From Laetmonice hystrix (taxonomy: Eukaryota): 64,000 nt of DNA. Under the pieces are notes generated by a model. The model ran no database searches, was not told where the DNA came from, and saw only the letters and a program-made list of their open reading frames with translations. Of this stretch, positions 11,601 through 23,037 are shown piece by piece (the first letter of the stretch is position 1; each line of letters opens with the position of its first letter). The stretch covers positions 19,654,001 to 19,718,000 of the forward strand of contig OZ249440.1 in NCBI GenBank assembly GCA_965235115.1, in the 5' to 3' direction. The position numbers were made by a program, and so were the translations under genes.

Positions 11601-11799
11601 GACCATCATATACATCAACAGTACCTCAGATGGATCAAAATGTAAAAAAATGGGAAGGCAGGGGGACAATAACCTGTATCATGGCCCAGAATAATATTAG
11701 GTATACGTAATAATCGATTATTACGATAGAAATATAATTGTCCAAGAATTGAAATACCTGATGAGCCAAAATATAAAACTGTGGTTCCAGAAGAACAAT

Positions 11800-13215
11800 A
11801 CGTACCATGATGTCCAATAATAGAGAAGTAAAGATATAAGAAAACCAATAATAATGACACAATCCCGTGATCCAATCACTAAAGCAGTAGTCTTAATGAG
11901 ATGATTCAACATAAAAAAAACCTGTGAACCCATCAGGACTATAATATATTATGATGGGTAAATATAGATAAGTAAATATATTACAATAATAATAATAACG
12001 ACAGAATATCACTTGTCCAACCACTGTACCAGTGGACCAATAACCTATAACCTAACCAATAACCTATCATGATGTCCCAGTATAGGGAAGTAAAGATAGG
12101 AGAATAATAATAATAATGGCACGGATCCATTGATCCAACCAAAACCCATCAGGACCATAACACATTATAATGGGTAAATATAGAAAAGTAATATATTATA
12201 ATAATCAATAATCATGATAGAAATATGACTTGTCCACCCCGTACCAGTGAACCAGTACTATAAGATGGATAAACTATAAAACTGTGTTTCAATGAACAAT
12301 ACCATATCATGATGTCCCAGTATACGAAAGTAAAGCTATAAGAAGATAATAAAAATGGCACGGATCCATTGATCCAACCAAAACATCAGGACCATAACAC
12401 ATTATGGCACGGATCCATTGATCCAACCAAAACACCAGGACTATAACACATTATGGCACGGATCCATTGATCCAACCAAAACACCAGGACTATAACACAT
12501 TATGGCACGGATCCATTGATCCAACCAAAACACCAGGACTATAACACATTATGGCACGGATCCATTGATCCAACCAAAACATCAGGACTATAACACATTA
12601 TGGCACGGATCCATTGATCCAACCAAAACATCAGGACTATAACACATTATGGCACGGATCCATTGATCCAACCAAAACATCAGGACTATAACACATTATG
12701 GCACGGATCCATTGATCCAACCAAAACCCATCAGGCCCATAACACATTATAATGGGTAACTATAGAAAAGTAAATATATTATAATACTCAATAATCATGA
12801 TAGAAATATAACTTCTCCACCCAGTACCAGTGAACCAGTACTATAAGATGGATAAAATATAAAACTGTGTTTCAAGGAACAATAACATATCATGATGTCC
12901 CAGTATAGGAAAGTAAAGATAAGAAAATAATAATAATGACACGGATCCATTGATCCAACCACTAAACCAGTCTCTCATGTGATGACATGATTCCGCATAG
13001 AAAACTGGGAACCGATCAGGACCATAACACATTATGATGGGTAAATATAGAAAAGTAAATATATTATTATACTAATCAATAATAACGATAGAGATATCAC
13101 TTGTCCAAGGAGTACCAGTGAACCATTACCATAAGATGAGTCAAAATATAAAAAGAAAAGTAAAGATATAAGAATAATAATAACGGCACGGCTCCATTGA
13201 TCCAACCACTAAACC
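11800..13215. repeat. A-rich modules of about 240-290 bp inside the split-repeat element
   Basis: CATGATGTCC...GTAAAGAT...AATAAT..CACGGATCCATTGATCCAACC...CAGGACCATAACACATTA...GGGTAAATATAG modules near 11807, 12068, 12308 and 12891, partial at about 13150. Confidence 0.85.
12355..12750. repeat. 49-bp minisatellite, 8 copies
   Basis: ATGGCACGGATCCATTGATCCAACCAAAACA(T/C)CAGGACTATAACACATT at 12355, 12404, 12453, 12502, 12551, 12600, 12649 and 12698. Confidence 0.97.
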
Positions 13216-15833
13216 AGTCCCTCAGGTGAGACAAAATATAGTCAGATTAAAAGTGTAACCCGATCGTATCCTAACAACTTATAATGGTTACAAACGTAAA
13301 TATATAAATAATAATTATAAATTCAACTGATCCAACCATTAAAGATCAGTCAGTACAGATGAGTTATGAAAAACTGTGAAATCAACAGTACAATAATATA
13401 TTTAATGATATCCAGGGAAGAAGAAAAATTTGAGTAAAATACCCAGGCCAAATTATAAGAATCAATAATACGAATACTGGCCCGGGCACTTGACCGGTAC
13501 ATCAGGTCAGTCGAAAAACCCGTGAAAGAAGGTCGAGTTGTCCGCTAGACAACCTATATAATATAGAATCATGGTTGTCTGCAGGAATTTCTGGTTGACC
13601 CGCACTGTACCAATGCCTGGAACATCCTTTTGCTCTTCTTCTTCTTCTTCCTACGCTCCTGTTCCTGGTTTGTTTGTGTGGAATTGGGACTACCCAGTGA
13701 ACAGGAGACGATTATGTCACCTATCATCCACTCGTAGAGAGTCGAACAATCAGGCGGTCGGCCTGCTGTTCCAGAGCCAAATTTGAGGTTATCAAATGGA
13801 CAACCGTGCCATAAAGGCAGGGTTGTAACTTGTACGACTTCGCTTTATCTTGTCTCGTACAACCGTACAACCACTTACTTGAATGGTAAAAGGTATTAAA
13901 TATATTATAATAAACAGAATAATGTATGAATCCACCGGTCCCAGACCGAACCAGGGCAATCAAATTAAGTAGAAGAAATGAAAACCACTAAACAACAAGA
14001 TTAGATAATATATTATCTGGGGATATAAAGAATAATAATACTCCATGGTGATGATAAAATTTGACTGGTCCTAGACCGAACCATTAGATAAAACAGGGCA
14101 AAGCTACATTAATGAGGAGTTAATAAAGATGAATGCCAGAGCTGAACATTTATTTACACTGGACAGACTGAGGGAACTAAGGTAGATGATCATGATATAT
14201 TGTGACTGTAATATAACGTATAATTATAACGTCTAGAAGGAGATACCGAATTAAATAATATAGTATGGTATAGTAAGTAGATGTATACCGGTACCATAAT
14301 GATATTATACTAGTATAAGGAGGGATTCAAGCCCCTGTACCTGTGGTTAAACGAAAGAATGGTAGGGCTAGAATGGAATCATTGTAAATATTAATATAAC
14401 AGAGAGACCGACGTTGGAGAACGTACTACTTGGATCAGATTATATATCCTATATTATATTAAGGTATAATATAATGTAACTATGACATTTCAAATAAGCG
14501 GCAGGCTAACGTGACTAGGGCTACTACAGCTCCTATAACTAAGTTATAGGTACCAGTACTGCAGTACTACAGAGTGAAAAGTAGTTTTATTAGAGTCAAT
14601 TGAAAACTAACGTTAGGCCTAACACTGTAGATAGAGTGTTGTAACACTAACGTCGTTAGTTAGGCTACGTTATAATATAAGGTTAGGCTATCGTGAATCA
14701 ATAATTATAGCCTAAATTAGGTCACAAGCAACCTAATGATGCCGAATTTAACAGTAGGGCTAGGCCTTTTAATGAGACCCTATCCTACTTAACTTATCGT
14801 CGACAAGACATCTTCCCCTTGAGGCTTGACATGCGGGCGACTCCCAGTCGGGACGCAGACGCGCACGTGTCCAAATTGAAGGACGACGGGCTGCCCTACA
14901 AAACTCTTGAGACGGAATAGGCTACAGGCCCGGCCTGGGTCGTCAAGCGGGGGGAATGGGATCCCGATCGTCACGAAACCATGGTATCAAACGGCAAAAG
15001 AACACGTCCAGCAAAACCAGTGATAAACGTCCCATGACGTAGCCAACACGACAAGGAAGGCGCAAGGCAGAATCAACGCTGCATGCCAAATTGAAAAATT
15101 GGTGGATGTCCGACTGAAGACGTAATGGCGACGATGAGACGCATGTGGAAGATGACCTTGACCTCAACTGTATATGACGTCACGTGTTCCCCTGGCGGAG
15201 GCAGGGGAAATTTGAGTTATCCGGAGAAGTAGCGCCCACTTGCGGCTTAGATGAGAATTACCGAGTTCTCCTGCATAAAACTCGTCGAGCCTGCGGCTGC
15301 AACGTTCCTTTGCGACGTCCCAGTCGCCTGTTTTGGTCGGAACTCTAAGCGTGCCCAATAGTTAGGCCTATCAGATAGATCGCTGTATGTCAGTAGTTTT
15401 TCATTCTGTAACTGATCGGTAAATATTGATAACCCATCCACAGAACCCTAGCCCTGTCTCATTGATGGCTTCCCCCAGACAGGCCTATCTCCTGTCCTCC
15501 TACCTTAGCCCGGACCTCCCAAGACGGACGCTAACTGAATTAGAACGAGGAAGCCAGTGAATCGGCCCCAATTGGGAGGCGCCACCTACCGTTAACACGG
15601 GGAATTGAATTTCGCACTAATCCGATGAAACGATGATTGGATGATGAAAAAAAACGCGCCACGTCGGTCCATGAAATGACAAGTGCCCCGCCCTGATTCC
15701 ATCCCCCTTTTTATCAGTATTATTCTATTTGAAGGCGAGGAGGTCGAGGTGCACAGTAGAAAGGTATCATCAGTGACGTTTGGCCCTTGTCTGCTTGGAA
15801 TGATGAATCAATATTATGTCTTACAACATACAA

Positions 15834-16497
15834 TGTATAATATAAAACTACAACTTATTGATGATTCTGAACCATTGTATACTATAAAACTACAACTTAT
15901 TGATGGTTCTGAACCATTGTATACTATAAAACTACAACTTATTGATGATTCTGAACCATTGTATACTATAAAACTACAACTTATTGATGATTCTGAACCA
16001 TTGTATACTATAAAACTACAACTTATTGATGATTCTGAACCATTGTATACTATAAAACTACAACTTATTGATGGTTCTGAACCATTGTATACTATAAAAC
16101 TACAACTTATTGATGGTTCTGAACCATTGTATACTATAAAACTACAACTTATTGATGATTCTGAACCATTGTATACTATAAAACTACAACTTATTGATGA
16201 TTCTGAACCATTGTATACTATAAAACTACAACTTATTGATGGTTCTGAACCATTGTATACTATAAAACTACAACTTATTGATGGTTCTGAACCATTGTAT
16301 ACTATAAAACTACAACTTGATGGTTCTGAACCATTGTATACTATAAAACAACAACTTGATGGTTCTGAACCATTGTATACTATAAAACAACAACTTATTG
16401 ATGATTCTGAACCATTGTATACCATAAAACTACAACTTATTGATGATTCTGAACCATTGTATACTATAAAACAACAACTTATTGATGGTTCTGAACC
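15834..16497. repeat. 42-bp minisatellite, about 16 copies (two are 39 bp)
   Basis: Unit TATACTATAAAACTACAACTTATTGATG(A/G)TTCTGAACCATTG; explains ORFs 15683-16630 and 15814-16425. Confidence 0.97.
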
Positions 16498-18439
16498 TCC
16501 GCATCAAAGCACAGTTATTATTGTACGTACGTGGGCGTGGCGGTTTATGATTGTTTTTATGAAAAAATGTAGATATCTCGATGAACAGTTAGAGTTGGGC
16601 ATATACTCCAACGGAAACCTATTTTTGTAGAGAACGGAGACGACACATTGACAGGTTTTGGGGATGCAAGCTGTAAGCGTGCTCTTTAAGGTGTTCAAAT
16701 AAGGTGCAATGTCTCAAGGGACGAATATAAAGGGGATAGCTAGATGGCAACAGCATGGAATCGTTCGCTCTACCAAGTCCGTCACTGATAACCCAAAGGC
16801 ACAAGAACATTTGGAGTGGTCTTTGATGTTTTGAAAAAGGGAAACCACCACCTACCCCTCAGAATTAATTTTACAGAGGATATTTTTTGTTTAAAAGATG
16901 AGGTCCTGCATAGACACGTATATGTACAGTTGGGCGCATAACGCACCAGACCCAAGGCAGTTACGGAGCATTGGGGGGGGGGGGAGTTGGTAAACATAAT
17001 TGTCACACGGAAGAGTTCAGTGTCCAAACTAGAACTAGTCGTTAACCCACCGAGCTGGTTTATTTATTTAAGGTTCCTAGGAGTGTGATTTATTTACCAC
17101 AGACAATAACAACTATTTCACGAATGAATGGGGCAAGGGTTCACGGAGTATAACTGCCATTGAAGATAATCTTACGATGTCGCGAGCTGGGATGAATGGA
17201 AGGAGATTGTGAGAGGTATAAGCCGAAAAGCCGGCCCACACAAAACGTCACAGAACCGCCTTAATTACCCATTATAACGTTCCCAAAACGGGTTTAACCG
17301 TTCTTTGCTGCCTGAAGGTAGTGCGCCATCTCCGTCGTGATTTCCAGGCCTAAGTCAATTCTGCCAAAGCCAGCCAGCCAGGCAGCCAGCCGGCCAGCCG
17401 GCCAGCCAGCTAGTCAGCCTCATTCAAAGGACGTTCCAGTCAAGCGGCGTACATGTATTAAACCAAGGTTTCCATCTGTATAGGCCGGGTACACGGCTGA
17501 TGAGGCTAAACGGGTGGGTCTCTTTTGGGCAATTGTAACCGGTTATTCTGGGTGCAGTGGCGTCCACACGGACATAATCTACCGACAACCACAGCCCAAC
17601 CCCCCGAAGTGCACCGAAATTACTCCCACACTTTGCACTTGGCATTTCGTTCTGTTGCATCAGATTCTGCCGCCTCCAGGCCCCCTCCCCCTTGGAGTGA
17701 GTAAACCGAATCCGAATAATCCCTTTCTGGTTGAGCGCCGTCACTGTACATAAGTGACTCGGCCTCTGAGCGGTTTAGATATAAAGGGGCATGTAACAAA
17801 TTCATCGCTACATGCCGAACAACTTTTAGCACTCATTGTAGCCTTGATATCTGTAAAGAGGGCAGCATGCACATTTCGTCGAGCAGTGGCCGCAGATCTA
17901 GGAAAACGGGTAGGGTAGCTCTGAGAACCTACAGAACTCACTATACCAATTCGGACAGAACTGAAAGGAGAGTCGGCACTGGGGGGGGGGGGGGGGGGGT
18001 GTTCGTGTACGTGACTCCTTTAGAGACTTACTTTATATTTTCTTGTTCTATATGCCAACACCTTCAGAAAAAGTTTGAGTAACACTTCCAGATCTGGTAC
18101 GTTTTCTCTGCAGAGCCCAGCTAAGATGTTGGCTTGAGTTCCAATGGGCTGAAATTATGATATGTTCATATAGTATTTTGAGTTCCTTGGTGTACAAATG
18201 AATAGAGTCATATCTATTTGCTATGCTTCTTCAACGTTTTCTTGTTTTGTTTCTGGACAACGCCAAACTGTTGGAATTTGGTAGGTTAATAACAAATTTG
18301 TTACGTTGAATTGAAATAGTTTGTATAAACTTCGCAACATGTATGCTTAGCCCGAGCCTGGAGCTCTTACAAGCCATAGATAGATAGATAAGTTTATTAC
18401 TATAATATTCAGTATACAGCGATGTCATACTGAATACAT

Positions 18440-18690
18440 GCCTACAAGACGCATTCGGGATTCCCTCGGGCATATGACATCATGACCGCGGGATTCCCGA
18501 TTGGTATCGATGCTGCGGGCAACGATGAACATCTTCCGGATTCGCGGATTTCAATTTTTGTTAGACTTAAATATGTGTTAAAATCCCACTTCAATACCAC
18601 CGGATACACAAAAATGCACTAAATTTGTGTCAGATTTATAAGTTTCCGCGATCTATTGGAACTACTTAGCACAGCGGTAGAACATGAGTG
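18440..18690 (+). repeat. Diverged fragment of the family duplicated at 46980-48034
   Basis: CGGGATTCCCTCGGGCATATGACATCAT resembles 47703-47740, and CGATCTATTGGAACTACTTAGCAC resembles 47380-47403. Confidence 0.5.
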
Positions 18691-18810
18691 GTGATGTGAC
18701 GTCACAGGCGTTTTACGCCTGTAGCTTTGGGCCTGTCTTACATCCGAGGGTATTTCGCAACCAGAAATGAAATGACGTACACATAGATGCTCGGACGTTC
18801 CGATTGCGAC

Positions 18811-18998
18811 TGGGTATTAAAAGACCCCTTGCCATTTTTCGACAAGAGCAGTTTTCTGTCTCACTTCATCCTCAGCATCGCTCACCCCCTTGTACTCGGA
18901 GGTGAAATAGACGCCCTGACTGAGTGGCTTCTATCGCCCTGAATATGACTGAAATACTGTCGACAAGGCGTGAAACTTCCAATTCACACATTCACTCA
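18811..18998 (+). mobile_element. SINE 3' half related to 2828-3070
   Basis: TTAAAAGACCCCTTGCCATTTTTCGACAAGAGCAG core, then TCGCCCTGAATATGACTGAAATACTG...GGCGTGAAAC and a CACT-type tail running into the gap. Confidence 0.65.
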
Positions 18999-19231
18999 NN
19001 NNNNNNNNNNNNNNNNNNNNNNNNNNNNNNNNNNNNNNNNNNNNNNNNNNNNNNNNNNNNNNNNNNNNNNNNNNNNNNNNNNNNNNNNNNNNNNNNNNNN
19101 NNNNNNNNNNNNNNNNNNNNNNNNNNNNNNNNNNNNNNNNNNNNNNNNNNNNNNNNNNNNNNNNNNNNNNNNNNNNNNNNNNNNNNNNNNNNNNNNNNNN
19201 NNNNNNNNNNNNNNNNNNNNNNNNNNNNNNN
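18999..19231. other. Assembly gap (233 N)
   Basis: Run of N. Confidence 1.
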
Positions 19232-19990
19232 TCTCTCACTCCCTCACTCACTCACTCCCCCACTCACTCACTCCCCCCTCACTCACTCACTCACTCACTC
19301 CCCCTCACTCACTCACTCCCCCTCACTCACTCACTCACTCCCCCATTCACTCACTCACTCGCCCACTCACTCACTCACCCCCACTCACTCACTCACTCCC
19401 CCACTCTCTCACTCCCTCACTCCCCCTCACTTACTCCCCCCTTACTCACTCACTCACTCACTCACCCCCCACTCACTCACTCACTCACTCACTCACCCCC
19501 ACACACACTCATTCCCTCGTCCACCCCCACACACACTCATTCCCTCACCCACTCCCCCATTCACTCACTCACTCACTCAATCACTCCCCCACTCACTCAC
19601 TCAATCCCCCACTCACTCTCTCATCACTCAATCCCCCACCCACTCACTCACTCAATCCCCCACTCACTCACTCACCCACTCACCCACTCACTCGCCCACT
19701 CACTCACTCACTCACTCACTCACTCACTCACACATTCCCCCACACACTCCCCCACTCACTCACTCCCCTACTCACTCCCCCACTCACTCACTCAATCCCC
19801 CACTCACTCACTCACTCCCCCACCCACTCACTCACACTCACTCCCCCACTCACTCACGCACTCACTCACTCCCCCACTCACTTACTCAATCACTCCCCCA
19901 CTCACTCACTCAATCACTCCCCACTCACTCACACTCTCACTCCCCCACTCCCCCACTCACTCACTCACTCACTCACTCACTCACTCATTC
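19232..19990. repeat. Degenerate (CACT)n microsatellite
   Basis: About 760 bp of CACT/CCCC variants; source of the H/S/L/T/P ORFs. Confidence 0.98.
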
Positions 19991-21519
19991 ACGGGACTAA
20001 TACAAAGATGTTGTTATAATTAGCACAGTGATGTGTACCCTCAGAGTTCAGTATGAATTACCACCCCATCCAACGCTTACATCATGTTTCCTTCATACAT
20101 GACAGCAGTGTTAGACGATACTTTTTGAGGTGAAGGATCTTCGATTGAAAATATCAGGCGAAGAGCAACTTGTTACACGAGTCAGGGAAGGGGCCAGAGT
20201 TTCTCGTTAGCCTGCATCCAATTAAAACTACACTGTATTGAAACATGATGCCACACCGTCGATAAAGGAGGCCTTAACAGATGATGAGGACATTTAGATC
20301 AGGTGTCATCTGAGCATTATGCTACACTACACGGTGCCCGATTCATATTTTGCAGCCGGACAATCGGCCTATGCTTGTTTACATGTCTGGCGCCACAGTC
20401 TTTAGCTGAAGCCTGTGAGTAATATTCTATTTACGGTCGTTGACTGGAGACGTTAAATCCTCTCGATCAATGTGGTATATGATGAAGATTGCACGCTGCT
20501 ATTCATGACAGATCAATGAGACAGATGCTCAGGGTGAGCTGTCCATCGCTTCGATGGGCTACGTTTATATTTGAGACACATTTAATGGTATTAATGGATG
20601 AAATCTAAGATCAGACAGTCCGTTCCATTATATTCGATTAAAAAGTAAAAATGAAAATGGTAAAAAATGTAATTCTTCACCTTTGCTAAGGGTGCAGACA
20701 CCCAACCCTCACGCCAACAGGGGCCTTCCCCCTCCACCCCCGCCCGCCTGGTACAGTATAATCAGATGTGACATCTATGTTCCATGATCAGCGAGAGCCA
20801 TGTCATTGAAATGAATAATGATTTCTATGTTTAACCAGTTGTATTTAGTTGTATTACGCTAGTCTATCCCCATTTTCAGTTGTCGTAACAGAAAAACACC
20901 TTCTTTTCTCCCGATTCTAACTATTCGATGGCCCTTGAGCAGACACTTTTTGTCACAGAAGAATTGCAAAACATTCTGGGGGGTGGGGGGGGGGCGGAGT
21001 CCTCCATCCAATTAAACCTGCACAGCGTCTCGTCAAATCCTTGATCAAGGAACCCGCCAGCGTTTTGATCATTGACTTTGACAACTGACAAAGCCTACAC
21101 GGGTTAACATTTGGTATGATGTGCAACAAGACTTTGGTAAGAGGAAAAGATATAACGGATTATGTTCATCTGATAATCCGATGAGTCTCATTCCTACGGT
21201 ACTATAGGGGGTGGGAGAGGGAGTGTTCACACATTGCTAAACGCTGCCCCCGGACAAACCAGGAGAAAATCTGTCGTCGATGGAACGTGCAGCATACTGT
21301 CGATGCAGGTAAAATGCAGTTATAAGACATCGTTTCCCAGGATAGGATATTACAGGGGATTTAGTTTCCTTAAAACTCCTTGAAACATGCGTCTGGCAGC
21401 TTGAAGTATTCGGAATTTGCCATTTGATACTTACCCGTCGTAACAATGGAAGAGAGAGACTTGTGGAGTCGACAATCCCGGTACCACACGCCATTGTTAA
21501 GCCAGGAATCAATGTGTCG

Positions 21520-21642
21520 GTAGTGCGTATTGCGTAGTGCGTAATCAAACCAATGAAAACACGCACTACGCACAAATGGGATCACTCCAACTTGTTTTCA
21601 TTGATTTTGATGATTACGCAGTACGCATTACGCCCATACTAC
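21520..21642. mobile_element. About 120-bp fold-back mini-MITE
   Basis: GTAGTGCGTATTGCGTAGTGCGTAATCA pairs imperfectly with TGATTACGCAGTACGCATTACGCCCATACTAC. Confidence 0.6.
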
Positions 21643-22673
21643 GTACACATGGATTGCTGTAGAATGGTGTTGTGTTTCGTTCCTTGGCCCCGTCGCAGGG
21701 CCCGTACTACGCGATCCGTTCTGGACACGTTAAACAATGAAATAGATTCCCTCAAAAAGTTAGGCCCACTGTTTGATTATCCCAGAGAACTTTCCTGATC
21801 AACATGTGAAATTTTAGATTTATTTCCTTTAAAATAAAGTTCATTGTGACTGTTCAATGAGCACGGCGATGCTGACCAAATGGTCTCTGCAGAAACTTGG
21901 ATTGGATGCGGTATGATCAGTGAAGGTGGCTGCACTATTGATTACTATAAGTTGTAGTGACTGAGCATTGAAACTCGCCATTCAGGGATGATAACGGCCT
22001 GTCCGTTACGGTATCAACCAGTATCCTCCCCAACTAGAGCCAGTGCTGTGTTCTTTGGTCAGAAATCGGCAGCATGCCAGTGGCCGCACAACTGGCTGTA
22101 TTCCTGAAGAGCTTTGGTCACGAATGGTACGGGGACCAAGCTACGATCTTTGTACACCGTCTGTATGATTCATTACAGACCGACCTGTAGGTAGTCATGC
22201 TGGAAGAAGTTTTTATGGGTTCCTAACCTGCCGATATATTGCCGGTGTCAATTGGGCATGTTTGGGACGGGCTGGAATGAGAAACTTCTATCGGCCTACC
22301 TGTCACCAGACAGTCACATACAGGAGACGTGGATCTACGGCTACTGTGTCCAGCCACTAACCATTTGGAGACGATTGTTGAAAAGAACAGGGTAAGATAT
22401 TTGATTTATTTTCCGGCAAGTAGCGTTGCTTAAAAATGGTGTTCTCCCGCTCGCTGAATAAGAACAGCCGGCAGCTTATATCAAGCATAAATAAACCTTG
22501 AGGTAGACTATATTTTACATACCTAACGTTAGTTGTTCGTCCGACAGATCTCTTGCTAACTACTGCAGCATAAAGTTTTTTTTCATTATTGGGCTCCCGA
22601 GACTTCATCTCCCTGTATGATGTATGACCTAGTCCACCGGAAGTGGCATTAAAAACTTGCCAGCATGCCGTCC

Positions 22674-22833
22674 TATTGACATACACCCACATGTTAGTTA
22701 CATTGTACCCTATATGTATGCTACAGTGTAAGATCAACACCACGTGCAGTGATTATTGACATACACCCACATGTTAGTTACATTGTACCCTATATGTATG
22801 CTACAGTGTAAGATCAACACCACGTGCAGTGAT
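22674..22833. repeat. Perfect 80-bp tandem duplication
   Basis: 22674-22753 equals 22754-22833. Confidence 0.95.
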
Positions 22834-22993
22834 TTTTAGAAACACAACAGTCGGCCTGGCTTGTAATAATTCACTTAACCTACAATGATGGAATACATTA
22901 CATTGCATGGTAGAAAGTCTCAGGGTCGTAGCAAGCGCAGAGAAGATGGAGGCAGGGAGTTGTCACCCTATAGGGATGATGAAATGGCACGTG

Positions 22994-22995
<2 letters not shown>

Positions 22996-23030
<35 letters not shown>
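22996..23030. repeat. (GA)n microsatellite
   Basis: Pure GA run, followed by a G-rich tract and a 2x33-bp duplication at about 23066-23130. Confidence 0.95.

Positions 23031-23037
<7 letters not shown>

Larger units (their letters stand above)
9486..15311 (-). mobile_element. Non-autonomous Ngaro/PAT-like element with split direct repeats (A1-interior-B1-A2-B2)
   Basis: B copies 9486-9905 and 10164-10583 (420 bp) identical. A copies 9949-10170 and 15090-15311 (222 bp) differ at one base near the edge. TTCCTTT at 9486, 10164 and 15305. Inverted repeat 10120-10138/10168-10187 brackets the B1/A2 junction. AATAAA on the minus strand at 9542-9547. No RT/YR ORF inside. Confidence 0.8.

Noticed and set aside
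17495-17525. CTGATGAG as a hammerhead core
   Set aside because: No stem II or GAAA follows.
18924-20019. 349-358-aa ORFs
   Set aside because: Made of an N-gap plus (CACT)n.
21435-21720. Minus-strand exon ending at GG|GTAAGT
   Set aside because: Good donor, but the upstream frame is broken by a mini-MITE and stops, and the peptide is unrecognisable.
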